The notes: generated by a model not told the origin, from the sequence alone. Shown: positions 7,448-17,874, numbered from the stretch's first letter. The stretch: DNA of 63,259 bases from a virus (IMGVR_UViG_3300042112_000104:1-63259), one strand, 5' to 3'. Numbers and translations: made by a program.

Positions 7448-10400
7448 CGCATAATCACGTCAGAGCCATCCCCGTAAACTATATTGTTGATTTGGGGGGT
7501 AGCCATTGCGTGTCCGTCAATGCTCTCTTGTTGGTTTTTCAGGTAAGCTATTGCGATAGTCCAATAGCGTTGCGCCTGTTCTGCAAAGTCTTTGTCTTCC
7601 AAGTCTACAGCGTGAAGCGCTGCAAGAATTGCCCGTTCATTCTCCAAAGGAATGAAGTCATACAAAGATTCAATCGTCGGATGCTTGATCCGATAAATAA
7701 CCCTTGCCCAAGCGCAAGGACTCCCAAGACGAATCCTTCTGTATTGAGGGTTAACATCAGCAGGATGATATTGACCGATAAGGGTCATGTCATTGCTTCG
7801 CCCGTAATCATAGGCATACAGCGAAACAAATCCGTCCGTTTTTGGTTTTTCAATTTGTTGAACCGATTTAACCAAAGTAGGAGGCTGAATCGAATCAATG
7901 ATGAACGTGCTGTCCGCTGTGTTTCCCGCTGTTTGGTATGAAATGCGGCCAACTGTTGAGGCAAGGTTCCGCGCCTGAGCCTCGGTTTGATACAGTTCAA
8001 ACTCGTCAGAATCCAACTTTCTGACGTAGTAATTCGCCCCCGCAACCAGAGGATTAGGAAGAGAATCCCCGTCTCTCGGACGAACCGTGATGGCTTGTCC
8101 TGTCGAGTAAAGCGATGCCGATTCCACAATTTTAGTGGAGGGAACCGCTGTTACCGTCCTATCCAAGTCGAGGCTAAGCTGCCCCGTGCCCGGAGTGGTG
8201 ATCGTTACCAAGTTGTTGTTGGAATACACCTTGATATCGTCACCAAAAATCTTGATCGTGTAATTTGTAGCGGCCTGAAGTGGCGCTGGAAGAGTTCCAG
8301 AAGTGGAAAATCTGACAATTTCGCCGTCTTGAAGAAATTGAACGCTGTTCGGATTGATCCTGTTTTCAAACGGAGACGGTGTAGCAGATACGCGCAGTGC
8401 ATAATATGCCTGACCAGTTCCAAATGCAGTTACGTTAATCAGACCTGTTGACCCGCCAGCATTTGCCGCTGGTTGAGAATTGTAAATACGCGCAGTTTCG
8501 TTGCCTGCATCAATGTTTAAGAAAAATTGAGTTGTGCCCTTGTCGATTGCTGGAGTTGTGCTCGGAAGATTGTAGTCAGAAGCAAAATAAATTCCCTGAC
8601 CAGTGGTTAATCCATCAAAGTCTCCAACCCATCGATTTGTAAATCCAACCGCGAATGCGCGGGAAATAAGCACATAAAACTGTCCCGTTCCAACGCTTGT
8701 AATATTTACGGGGCTATAATCGACGTTGGTAATTGTGAAGCTGGAGGAAGAAAACGGTTGCTCGGCGCGGTATGAAGCGCCCTGAGTAATCGGACTAGGA
8801 AATGTTCCCGTTGTGGTAAACGAAACAAAAACGCCAGTAGACGGTGTAAAGGTGATTGTCGGACTTCCAGTGTATCCAGTGCCTTTTGTTACCACGTTAA
8901 CCCTGACAAGCTGTCCATTGGAAACCGTAGCAGTAGCTGTAGCGCCAGTTCCGCCGCCGCCGCTAATTGTTACGGCGGGAGCTTGCGTATAGTTGGATCC
9001 GCCGTTTGTTACTTCAATATAGTCCAAAAATGATGTAGTGATTGAACAAGTTCCAGCCGCATTGCTTCCGCCGCCGCCAGTAAATGTGAGCCTAGGAGGA
9101 ATGACATACCCTTCGCCGGGGCTGTTAATGATCAAGCCATTGACTACATTCGACGTATTGTTGATGGTCGCAGATATGATGGCACCAGAGCCAACAGCCT
9201 GCAGCGTGATGCCTGTAATTCCGCCATTGATATCTAAGCCGTTGATAGTGGCTTTTGCGCCCTTGCCAGCTTTAGCAATGCTCAAATCGGTAATTGTGAC
9301 AGTAGCATTCGGCTGGTAACCGCTGCCGGGGCTAACAACGCCAATCGATGCAACGCGACCACCCGTTACTGTAATATTGAAAGTCGCCTGAGTGGTAAAA
9401 GTGCTGTCGATTTCAATGCCAACTTGGTTTTGGACGTATCCAGCACCTCCAGTGTCATCAACCGTTACTGTTGGGGCAGAGGTATAACCAGACCCCGGAG
9501 CGGTCACGTTGACGCCAGTAATAATTCCTGACGGAACCCCTTTTGCTTGCGCTCCAGATCCTGAAGGGTTCGGTAGAGAAACGCCTTCGGCCAGAATGTT
9601 ACTTTGCGTTCCAATGGCAACAGTTGCTGGAATCAGTTTTACAAGAGAATTCGTTCCACTTCCTGAAGTGATCAAATTAATCGGATTTGTGTCGTTCAGC
9701 GCGTCAGATGACGTTGGATGAATCGTGACGGTTGTCGAGTTGACGGCTCTGACGTAGTAATTCGTTCCAGCCACAAGAGGCTGAGGCAAAATTCCTCCGT
9801 TGGTAGTTGCCTGAACCTGATCTCCCGTTGTGAAACCATGCGGCACAGCAAATGTCATCTTGGTTTGTGGGGCGATTGGCTTTTGCAAATCCACGTTTAT
9901 GGCAGACGTAGATCCCGTTGTGTAAATCGGGTTCGTATTGTTTGTCGCATCTGCAATTGAATCGAAAATCTGCAAATTTGTCGGGGTGATCAGATTTGCA
10001 AAATATGTCACCTTAGATTTCAGGGGAGACGGCAAAATGTTGCCGGGGAAATTGATTGGATTAGCTGTATCAAGAGCGATTGCGGGAGTTGCCGACAACG
10101 AAAGTGCCGTGACCACGCGACTTGGTTTTTTGTCTAACAGCCTCAGTGAGGAAACCCCCACAATGCTCTGAAGGTTTATCGGGTAATTGCCAGCCTGAGC
10201 GTTCAGAGGATCTTCATACAGTTGAACCAGTGTTGGGCTGACAACGCCAACGTAATAAATTTGACCGTCTTTAAGGGGAGGAGGAACCACTCCGCCGATA
10301 GGCGAAATAATCACTGACTGACCAGAATCCAATGTGTGCGGAGTTGCCGTCTGGAACAATCCAAGCGGAGAAATTGCCGCATCTCTCGTTCTTACCGTCA

Positions 10401-10929
10401 CGTCAGGCGGCAGAATGGTTCCTAGGGGGAAATCTTCTGGGCTATAAATCGGGACGTATAATCCGTCAACCCCTTGCCCGTCAGGGGTCTGGCTTCTCAG
10501 TGTGGCGTTATATTGATCAGTTCCAAGGACGCGCAGTTGTTTGCCTGCATCATTTGACACTTCGGCAATTGCGATAAGCTGCGATGGCTGGATGATGTCC
10601 ATCATCGTTGCCACAAAGCCACGATCATCCCATGCCCAAGGAACGGAGCTATACATCCCGCCCTTATTTACGTGATATTGGAAAAGCCTGTTTCGGAAAT
10701 ACAGCGGACTGCCATCAGTATTAACGGCAAGAGGAGTTTCAATGCCCCTTGGAAGCGTCACCGTGCATCGATCCCATCCAGTGCAGATATCGACCTCAGC
10801 CGTTGAATGCGTCCAGTGACCAGACTCCATTAGGGTCTGGATCGACTGAGTCAGTTTCCGAAAAACCTTGGTTTTGTCAGTAGTCCCAAGGATTTCTGCT
10901 GCCTCGTCAAAGATTTGCGAGACAAACAT
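7444..10929 (-). CDS. Putative head-tail adaptor/tail protein with long internal beta-repeat insert
   Basis: Repeats LPxPLxxxxxYYV, HGFTTGDQV-like and GSGYTxAPTV-like between helical N- and C-termini. Confidence 0.6.
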   Translation of the reverse strand: MFVSQIFDEAAEILGTTDKTKVFRKLTQSIQTLMESGHWTHSTAEVDICTGWDRCTVTLPRGIETPLAVNTDGSPLYFRNRLFQYHVNKGGMYSSVPWAWDDRGFVATMMDIIQPSQLIAIAEVSNDAGKQLRVLGTDQYNATLRSQTPDGQGVDGLYVPIYSPEDFPLGTILPPDVTVRTRDAAISPLGLFQTATPHTLDSGQSVIISPIGGVVPPPLKDGQIYYVGVVSPTLVQLYEDPLNAQAGNYPINLQSIVGVSSLRLLDKKPSRVVTALSLSATPAIALDTANPINFPGNILPSPLKSKVTYFANLITPTNLQIFDSIADATNNTNPIYTTGSTSAINVDLQKPIAPQTKMTFAVPHGFTTGDQVQATTNGGILPQPLVAGTNYYVRAVNSTTVTIHPTSSDALNDTNPINLITSGSGTNSLVKLIPATVAIGTQSNILAEGVSLPNPSGSGAQAKGVPSGIITGVNVTAPGSGYTSAPTVTVDDTGGAGYVQNQVGIEIDSTFTTQATFNITVTGGRVASIGVVSPGSGYQPNATVTITDLSIAKAGKGAKATINGLDINGGITGITLQAVGSGAIISATINNTSNVVNGLIINSPGEGYVIPPRLTFTGGGGSNAAGTCSITTSFLDYIEVTNGGSNYTQAPAVTISGGGGTGATATATVSNGQLVRVNVVTKGTGYTGSPTITFTPSTGVFVSFTTTGTFPSPITQGASYRAEQPFSSSSFTITNVDYSPVNITSVGTGQFYVLISRAFAVGFTNRWVGDFDGLTTGQGIYFASDYNLPSTTPAIDKGTTQFFLNIDAGNETARIYNSQPAANAGGSTGLINVTAFGTGQAYYALRVSATPSPFENRINPNSVQFLQDGEIVRFSTSGTLPAPLQAATNYTIKIFGDDIKVYSNNNLVTITTPGTGQLSLDLDRTVTAVPSTKIVESASLYSTGQAITVRPRDGDSLPNPLVAGANYYVRKLDSDEFELYQTEAQARNLASTVGRISYQTAGNTADSTFIIDSIQPPTLVKSVQQIEKPKTDGFVSLYAYDYGRSNDMTLIGQYHPADVNPQYRRIRLGSPCAWARVIYRIKHPTIESLYDFIPLENERAILAALHAVDLEDKDFAEQAQRYWTIAIAYLKNQQESIDGHAMATPQINNIVYGDGSDVIMR

Positions 10930-10934
10930 GGCGG

Positions 10935-11252
10935 CTACATCGCTCCACGTTGATTTAGCTCAGCGGCAAACGCTTCCAGATCGGCATCGGAAGGTGCTCC
11001 TGCAGGCATTGGGGGCGCTCCAGCAGCCATTTCTGGTGCCATTGCGCCTGCTCCGCCAGAAGCGGCTTCAACCTCTAGAGCGAGAGCGTCTAGGGCTGTT
11101 GCAAGCTGAACAACGATGTTGTGGATCTCCATGAAAGCGTTTTTCGGGACGCTCACCATGACGGTTCCAGCGTCAGCGGAAGCGGCAGGCATAGGTGCTC
11201 CTTCTGGCATTGGCGGCATGGGAGCCATATTCGGGGTATTTGGTTTAGCCAT
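10935..11252 (-). CDS. Hypothetical Pro/Met/Ala-rich protein
   Basis: Start taken at MAKPNT immediately after the upstream stop. Confidence 0.55.
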   Translation of the reverse strand: MAKPNTPNMAPMPPMPEGAPMPAASADAGTVMVSVPKNAFMEIHNIVVQLATALDALALEVEAASGGAGAMAPEMAAGAPPMPAGAPSDADLEAFAAELNQRGAM

Positions 11253-11253
11253 A

Positions 11254-11670
11254 TTAATCTTCTTCCTCTTCTTCAGACTCTTCGTCTTCAGTTTCGTTTT
11301 CTGCTTCGGCAAGGCCGCTTTCAATCGCGTCCTCGTCATCCATTTCTTCTTCAGTTTCTTCTGAAAGATCTTCTTCAGGCTTAATGCCGCAAATACAAAG
11401 TTCGACGGAATAGCGCTTCTCTGTTCCGTTATCGGTTTTCACAGATTCAGTTTTTTCCATGACCTTCTTGTAGCGGATCATAGCGGTTCCCTCAGAAGGC
11501 ATATCTTTCAAGCCTTTCGCGTTCTCAAAATAAAGAGACGGGTAGTAAACTTTGCTTTCGCTGGATTCATTTGACCATGAAGCCAATGCCCGATCCATCT
11601 TCTTTGGGAGATCTTCTCCAAGGCTTACAAAGCCTTCGGGAAGGGGTATTTCTGATTTTTCGTATGGCAT
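11254..11670 (-). CDS. Hypothetical protein with very acidic C-terminal tail
   Basis: ORF tiles the operon; E/D-rich tail. Confidence 0.65.
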   Translation of the reverse strand: MPYEKSEIPLPEGFVSLGEDLPKKMDRALASWSNESSESKVYYPSLYFENAKGLKDMPSEGTAMIRYKKVMEKTESVKTDNGTEKRYSVELCICGIKPEEDLSEETEEEMDDEDAIESGLAEAENETEDEESEEEEED

Positions 11671-11674
11671 AATT

Positions 11675-12520
11675 TTAGTTTGCTTTGACGTGCTGCCAAT
11701 ATGCTCTCCAAATTGTTAATCCTGAGTTGCCAGCATTTGTATTTGGCTGGAAATATCCAGCGTCCCACGCTTGAAATGCGCCAACAGCAGACGATGTTGG
11801 CCCACCTGTAAGCGTAGCGTTTGTATTGTTTGTTGGCTGGTTCCAATTTTGTGAGTGCCAAAGTTCTATTACGCCATTAGTTCCTTTGTGCTTGATTAAA
11901 ATGTTGAATTTTTGAAAAACATCTCCAATAACAACCCATTCGCCGTTAGTCGCGCTTGTGCCATTGTGAGCAATCAACCTAGCTCGGTTTGTTATAATGG
12001 CTGGGCCGCCAAAACTTTGAATTTCTAAACCAACGGCTTTGTTTGTTGGATATTCAGCAATATTTGAAGATGCGCCAAAAGTATATCCTCCTATAACGGT
12101 TCTCCAGACAGATCCAGTATTGGTCAGCCTAACTATTCCGTCCAAGTTCATATAGAAATGCATTTCGTCCGTCCAATCGGTTCCCGTCCCTGCGGTTCCC
12201 ATAGCATTTACCGCTTCCACCATGCGAACTAATCCTCTTGCATTTGTAGTCGTTCCATCTATTCCAAAACTAATCACGCTATTTGTTCCAGCGGCCACCG
12301 TGTTTACTCCCTGAACAAAATTTTCCAATGTTCCCGCTCCTACGGGAAACACAAAACTAATTTCAGCGCCAGCTTCGTTGGTTGCTATATTGTTGGCTGC
12401 AATAAAATTAGTTGGTCGCTGGACAACTCCGTTAGAGTTAACCATGACTCCCGTCAGCCCCTGAGCAAATGCAGAGACTGACGTGATCAATAGTGCAATA
12501 AGTGAATTTTTAAGGATCAT
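11675..12520 (-). CDS. Beta-rich (lectin-like?) protein with Sec-type signal peptide
   Basis: MILKNSLIALLITSVSAFA-Q signal-like N-terminus; N/T/G-rich beta sequence. Confidence 0.6.
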   Translation of the reverse strand: MILKNSLIALLITSVSAFAQGLTGVMVNSNGVVQRPTNFIAANNIATNEAGAEISFVFPVGAGTLENFVQGVNTVAAGTNSVISFGIDGTTTNARGLVRMVEAVNAMGTAGTGTDWTDEMHFYMNLDGIVRLTNTGSVWRTVIGGYTFGASSNIAEYPTNKAVGLEIQSFGGPAIITNRARLIAHNGTSATNGEWVVIGDVFQKFNILIKHKGTNGVIELWHSQNWNQPTNNTNATLTGGPTSSAVGAFQAWDAGYFQPNTNAGNSGLTIWRAYWQHVKAN

Positions 12521-15500
12521 ATGCTGCTAGTGGTTTCCATGATCCGCTGGCGCGAACATAGATTGTGGTTGAGTGATCGCCGTCAGACCTGATGAATATT
12601 GATCCTGTCGGAGCAGCGGTAGAAGGAACGCCAGTTCCATGAAGAATTTGACCGGCGCCAAGCTGAATAGATCCACGGGTAAGCGCCATAGCAATGTCCT
12701 TTGTCAGCGTAAGTTCCGAAAAGCTAGAAATGGTATTAAACTCATTGTCGAACGCTTCACCAGCAGTTCCGGGTGTGGTTATGGTAATTCCTGAAATAGT
12801 AAACGTGTTTTGCGTTGCGTTAGATACAGTCCTCACTCCATCAATTGTCGGAGTGCTGTTACTGTCGCTTACGTAAATCAAGCATCCGTTATAGAAGCCA
12901 TGATTAGCGCTAGTAACTAGCGCGTCTCCACCAGATGCTGCAATAGCCGTTATCTTCTGTGACGGCTTCGCGGGACAAAGTGGCAACGCTCCTCTGTCGC
13001 TAGACGAATAAATTTCGCTCAGCATAAAGCGACCAAGCCAATCTTTCCAGTGATTAAAATTCTGGACGTAAAGATCAAGAAACGCTCTTCCGCCGCCCCT
13101 CATAAATCGTATTTTGCTAATAGGAAGAGAATTGTCACCCGCTGAATATGGTGCAAGCGGATTTGATCGAACATTGATTGAGTTATTATCTTGCGCCGAC
13201 ATACTTATGTCGAATTCAAGTCCCAACACGTTGACCTTGCCCTGACAAATTTGATTAATCAGGCTTCGATTTTCCCAGCCGTAAATGAACCGATACCATC
13301 CATTTGCCATCGGCATGAAATCAACAATATGATGCCGCAGACGAACATCTGAACCGCTCGTAAAGCCGTTTCTGTATGGGGTTCCCCTGTTCGGGCCATC
13401 AAAAACGAGACAGTTTCCTTCTTGCCCAGCAATCAAATAGTCAAAATTGTTAATCCAGTTATCTTTAACGCTCATGTGATAATAACTGAGCGTTGGGGAA
13501 ACGGGGTTATACAGAATAATTGCCGACTTTGTCGGATGCTTGTCAATTACAGCATACGTTCCTGAGAACGTAATTGAGCGAAACGGATATTTGAATGTGT
13601 TTGGCGTAACATCCGTTGCAAAAAACGATCCATAAACCTCTCCGCCCGTGTTTGAATCACTTATCCATATGTTTTGCCCCTCGGTAACCCCGTGATTGTT
13701 GCAAGTAATCACAACGGCAGCAGGGCCGCTATTCAAATTGCCTTGAACCAAAGATGTCGCGAATTTGCGTTGTGACAGGTTTCTTGCTACAATATCAAAT
13801 TTGTTATTTGTAATGGTGGCATTATCTACGCCAACAAATATACAAGTGCCTACGTGCAACTGCGTTTCATATTGGAAGGTATTGTTGGAAACTATACTTC
13901 CTTCTTGTCTTAGAAATATTCCATTTGTTCCATCCCATGGGTTTTGGCCGGGGTTGTTGTATTTGTTCAGATTTAGATATGTAGTGAACACATTTCCAGT
14001 AACAACCGTGCTGCCCTTCATTCCAGCACTTCCTTCGTCCTGCAAGTCCATCAACCAAGATGAGTTTAGAACAATATTGTCATTGAATGTCCCGCGAACG
14101 CGCTTATTTCTAAATGTTGGAGCGTCATTGTGATATGGATACGGAGGGTTTGCGCCAGCCGCCCTAACTACTGGTTCGCTCGCAAAAGTGCATCCAGTAA
14201 CGGTGCAAGTATTTTCTTTGCACGTCCAACGCGAGTCTACCAAATTGATTGGGATAAGAACAAAGGTTTGGTTGATGACATCTCCAGCGTTTAGGGGCTG
14301 ATACGCTTTTTCATATGATTGCCCAACCCACCACTGCGACTCATCAAGCCTTTTAAGAAGCAAAGTTGTGCCATTAGTGCCTACTTGGGCTGCTGTTAAA
14401 TTTTGCTGTGCTTCATAGACTCCCGCGAATTCGGAATTAGGCCAAGTATACCTTTGAATCCAAACAACATCTCCTGCTTTGATATCATTCAAATTTGGAG
14501 GGCCAAACGCTTGTCCGTTAAGCGTTATGGTCACGTTTTGTCCGATAGCAGGCTGAACATAGCCGGGTGTTCCGTCACACCTACACATCATTGCTTCTCC
14601 ACCAAGCTCAGAAATTAAAACTTCAATAGCATAATTCTTGAATGTGCAGCCGTCGAATGTTGTGTTGATAGCGCACACATAGTTAAATCCATCTTTGGGG
14701 CCGTTTACATCGTTCGGAATAATTCCATCTCGGCATCCCTCTCCATAACAGTTGATAAACTTTGCCTGACGAACCCATTGACTCAGGTTGACGGTTTGTC
14801 CTGATGCTTCTGGATATCCTGTAAGTGCTGGATCAGTTGATCCGTAAAGAATGCACGATGCGTGTGGATATAAAAATTCACAGTTTGTCCATTCCGCAAT
14901 TTCAATCTTTCCGTATGTATCCCGTTGATAGCCGGGGCCGGGGAAAATATTTCTGATGTATCCAAAATATTGACAATTTACAAATTGGCAGTTCCTGAAA
15001 GCTACAAGCTCAATCCTGTCGGAACTAACTGGATACATATTAAAAGCCCAAGCGGTATACCAATTGCTTCTCCTTTGATCGTCCCATTCAATGCGGAGAT
15101 CTTCTAAAATCAAACGATTAAGGCGCGAGTTAACATGAATCATCCCGCCGCAATTCGGGCTGTTTGTATTCGTCCCAAATATAGTTGCCCCATTTCCGCG
15201 AATAGTAAGTTTTGTGTCTACCGTTCCATTTCTTATTTCAAGACAGTTCGACCCCTGCGCTGAGCCGGGGTATTTGGCCGTAGAAGCCTTGAATTGATCA
15301 ACCCAATAAGTTTTAGGCTCAAACTCAACAACGGAAATGCCTTTTGTCACTGCATAGTCCAAAGCAGCCTGAAGGGCGGCACTGTCTTCATATCCCCAAT
15401 AAACTCGCTTGTTGCTCACGTTGGCTTGAGAAGTAACATTAAGCCTGACTTGCGTTGTTGAAACAACTTGAACAATCGTTCCGCGCAAGTTTTGGCGTTC

Positions 15501-16610
15501 TGGAATATACGTGTTTGCATTTCCTGCTCCGCGAACTTCCATGATCAATCCAAGATCGGCTGCAGTGAAGTTTGCTCCAGCAACGGTTACCAAATCACTT
15601 CCGCTGCTCATTGCAGCAGTATTTGCCTGTTTAAAACTTCCTTTAGCTCCGAAATCTTCAACTTTGATACTATCCGCAAATCGGTCTTCCAAATATCTCG
15701 GAGTGGTAGTTCCCTGCGTTGTAATTGGGCCAATCGACAAAGATGGCAAACTTTGCCACACAGCAGGCGCTCCATTTGGGGGCGCTGTTAAGACCTGTTG
15801 AATTGGGCCACCCGGTAGCGGCGGCAATTCTTTAGGAATAGTGCCCCAAATAGGAGGAGCATTTAGTCCAGCAGACGTGAGATACTTGGTGCCCGGCAGC
15901 GGATCTGCTGGCAACTGCGTGAACGCCTGCCAGAGCACCGTTCCGTTTAGTGATGTAAGTTGATACAGACCAGACGGAGGAATTGCTGGAACGGTTAGCT
16001 TTGTTGCCAATTGTGCAAGCAAGTATGCCAGCCAAGCGCCGACAGTTTGTGTCTGACTGCTGCCCGTGGGAGTTGCGTCACTCTGGGTAACGTCCTGAAT
16101 TACTCCGGGGGGTTGATATCCTAAATTAACAATTGTGATAGCCGCTCCATTTGCTGGAGGAGTTGTAAATACGATGTTAACTGGAACTGTATTGGAAATA
16201 GTATAAGCCGTGGGAGGCTGCACAACCCCATTGAGGTAGACCAAGTAGCTCGACCTAAGAGTGTTTGTGCTTGGAGGAAGTGAAAACGTATTAAGGGCAC
16301 CCGTTCCTGCGTATGACCAATACTGAAACGGAGAATACTGACCGACAGTATTCTGGAAAATCCGCATCAGATAGCACAGGAGTCCTTCTCCTTGTTCTCG
16401 CGGAATAGTAGGAACCTCGGCGGGGCTTTGTGTCGGGTCGCACGGAATATCCCAAACAACGCGACCACCAGAAACCGTTTTAGTAATCTCTCCGTAGAGA
16501 GCGTTGACAAGATTGTCGATTAGGGAAGGAACACTTTCATGCTGAACCGTTGGATAAGGCGTGTCAGGGCAGCATGAAGATTTGTAAATGTTGTTGTCGT
16601 TGCAAGACAT
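12510..16610 (-). CDS. Tail fibre/tailspike with parallel beta-helix (putative depolymerase)
   Basis: 1366 aa; VEDFGAKG...DSAALQAALD tailspike neck motif, Asn-rich beta-helix-like rungs, C-terminal APTGSIFIRSDG. Confidence 0.8.
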   Translation of the reverse strand: MSCNDNNIYKSSCCPDTPYPTVQHESVPSLIDNLVNALYGEITKTVSGGRVVWDIPCDPTQSPAEVPTIPREQGEGLLCYLMRIFQNTVGQYSPFQYWSYAGTGALNTFSLPPSTNTLRSSYLVYLNGVVQPPTAYTISNTVPVNIVFTTPPANGAAITIVNLGYQPPGVIQDVTQSDATPTGSSQTQTVGAWLAYLLAQLATKLTVPAIPPSGLYQLTSLNGTVLWQAFTQLPADPLPGTKYLTSAGLNAPPIWGTIPKELPPLPGGPIQQVLTAPPNGAPAVWQSLPSLSIGPITTQGTTTPRYLEDRFADSIKVEDFGAKGSFKQANTAAMSSGSDLVTVAGANFTAADLGLIMEVRGAGNANTYIPERQNLRGTIVQVVSTTQVRLNVTSQANVSNKRVYWGYEDSAALQAALDYAVTKGISVVEFEPKTYWVDQFKASTAKYPGSAQGSNCLEIRNGTVDTKLTIRGNGATIFGTNTNSPNCGGMIHVNSRLNRLILEDLRIEWDDQRRSNWYTAWAFNMYPVSSDRIELVAFRNCQFVNCQYFGYIRNIFPGPGYQRDTYGKIEIAEWTNCEFLYPHASCILYGSTDPALTGYPEASGQTVNLSQWVRQAKFINCYGEGCRDGIIPNDVNGPKDGFNYVCAINTTFDGCTFKNYAIEVLISELGGEAMMCRCDGTPGYVQPAIGQNVTITLNGQAFGPPNLNDIKAGDVVWIQRYTWPNSEFAGVYEAQQNLTAAQVGTNGTTLLLKRLDESQWWVGQSYEKAYQPLNAGDVINQTFVLIPINLVDSRWTCKENTCTVTGCTFASEPVVRAAGANPPYPYHNDAPTFRNKRVRGTFNDNIVLNSSWLMDLQDEGSAGMKGSTVVTGNVFTTYLNLNKYNNPGQNPWDGTNGIFLRQEGSIVSNNTFQYETQLHVGTCIFVGVDNATITNNKFDIVARNLSQRKFATSLVQGNLNSGPAAVVITCNNHGVTEGQNIWISDSNTGGEVYGSFFATDVTPNTFKYPFRSITFSGTYAVIDKHPTKSAIILYNPVSPTLSYYHMSVKDNWINNFDYLIAGQEGNCLVFDGPNRGTPYRNGFTSGSDVRLRHHIVDFMPMANGWYRFIYGWENRSLINQICQGKVNVLGLEFDISMSAQDNNSINVRSNPLAPYSAGDNSLPISKIRFMRGGGRAFLDLYVQNFNHWKDWLGRFMLSEIYSSSDRGALPLCPAKPSQKITAIAASGGDALVTSANHGFYNGCLIYVSDSNSTPTIDGVRTVSNATQNTFTISGITITTPGTAGEAFDNEFNTISSFSELTLTKDIAMALTRGSIQLGAGQILHGTGVPSTAAPTGSIFIRSDGDHSTTIYVRASGSWKPLAAYDP

Positions 16611-16624
16611 ATGATTGATCCTCG

Positions 16625-17185
16625 TTAGGCGTTTTCTACAAGCAAGTATGGAATGGTTTTCTGTCCGTAGCGATCCATTTCTCCGTAGACCAGATTAATA
16701 AATGCAGCCCATTGGGACGGGTAGATCGTTTGGCACCCGGCAGATGACGTGGAGTTATAAGACCCCTTATGGATGTTAATCGCGATCCCAACGCCATCGT
16801 AGTAGCTATCCGTCTTGGCGTTGTATCGCTTCACTGGCAAAGTTTCGCCCTGCGTAGCAGGGCGCAGGGCAGGATATCCAGCACCTCTGGATATTCCGTG
16901 CCTGCCCTTTTTATAACGGTGAACTCCCGCCTTCAGCGTAGCAATGGCGGGTTTCAGCCGTGATGGGTCGGTATTGGCATTGAATGATGCATACGCCTGA
17001 GGCGACAGGATAAAAATCCCGTCATCATAAATACCAATATCGTTGCGATTTCTCTTCCCCATCGAATTTTTGTAATACCCCCTGATCCCCACTAGGGCGA
17101 CCTGATCGATCACGCCAGCCTTCTTCAGAAGCCTTTCGGTTTCTTTGCGGCTTTGCAGCGGTTTGGATGGGGGCACAATCTTCAT
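16625..17185 (-). CDS. Putative endolysin, YkuD/L,D-transpeptidase-like fold
   Basis: INIHKG...SSAGCQ matches the HxG...SxGC catalytic motif; directly downstream of a holin-like gene. Confidence 0.65.
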   Translation of the reverse strand: MKIVPPSKPLQSRKETERLLKKAGVIDQVALVGIRGYYKNSMGKRNRNDIGIYDDGIFILSPQAYASFNANTDPSRLKPAIATLKAGVHRYKKGRHGISRGAGYPALRPATQGETLPVKRYNAKTDSYYDGVGIAINIHKGSYNSTSSAGCQTIYPSQWAAFINLVYGEMDRYGQKTIPYLLVENA

Positions 17186-17361
17186 TTATTGCCCTTGCGA
17201 ATCACATTGATCAAGCCGACGAGAGCGAGGCCAGCGGCAATGATTTGGTTCTGCAATTCAGGCTCAAGGCGCAAGCCGGCAGCCGTAGTGAGAAGGATAA
17301 TTCCTCTCCACGTAGAATTTTCGGTCAAACGCTCCAGAACAGTGCTGAGTAGGTTTTTCAT
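17182..17361 (-). CDS. Putative holin (59 aa, not in ORF track)
   Basis: Translated by hand: MKNLLSTVLERLTENSTWRGIILLTTAAGLRLEPELQNQIIAAGLALVGLINVIRKGNK; two hydrophobic segments, basic tail, ATGA overlaps on both sides. Confidence 0.7.
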   Translation of the reverse strand: MKNLLSTVLERLTENSTWRGIILLTTAAGLRLEPELQNQIIAAGLALVGLINVIRKGNK

Positions 17362-17579
17362 TTTGATGATGTTGGTTTTGGTTGTTGTTTGCTCCAGAGG
17401 TAGTCAATTGCCCCTGAGACATTCGGTGTAAAAACAAGTTTCAGTTCAAGTCTGCCAAGTTTTCCAGAGTTTTCCCCTGCTGGGGGAACAGGAATGCTTA
17501 CGCAGGACGTTAAGAAGAGGGTAATTATGATTGCAAGAACTACGCAGATCAAAAGTGAAGCTGCTGTTTTTGGTTTCAC
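17358..17579 (-). CDS. Small lipoprotein, possible spanin-type lysis accessory
   Basis: Hydrophobic N-terminus with lipobox LTSC, in lysis cassette. Confidence 0.5.
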   Translation of the reverse strand: MKPKTAASLLICVVLAIIITLFLTSCVSIPVPPAGENSGKLGRLELKLVFTPNVSGAIDYLWSKQQPKPTSSK

Positions 17580-17869
17580 GTTCCAGACAAGCGCCTTTCT
17601 ACTCGCTCCATCAGCGCCGTGTTTAAACTGATGGTTTTGTGTGCTGTATTGATGACCTCAAGCATATCCTTATTGGCGATCTTGAGATGATCGATGAAAT
17701 CTGCGGCCTGTTCGTCCATTCTTTTTTGAAGAGCATCAATCCTTCCAGTGAAGTATTTAAACAGCCAAAAAGCAGAAAATAATCCGACAACAATCAGGGC
17801 TACAAACAACCACTTGTCACTCTGATGCGCGGCTAGATTAACGGTTTCAATTACTGCTTGAGGGTTCAT
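17576..17869 (-). CDS. Membrane protein (one TM plus coiled coil), lysis cassette
   Basis: WLFVALIVVGLFSAFWLF followed by heptad-like helix. Confidence 0.6.
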   Translation of the reverse strand: MNPQAVIETVNLAAHQSDKWLFVALIVVGLFSAFWLFKYFTGRIDALQKRMDEQAADFIDHLKIANKDMLEVINTAHKTISLNTALMERVERRLSGT

Positions 17870-17874
17870 AAATG

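Noticed and set aside
12510-16610. Diversity-generating retroelement targeting the tail fibre
   Set aside because: No reverse transcriptase motif and no template/variable repeat pair noticed
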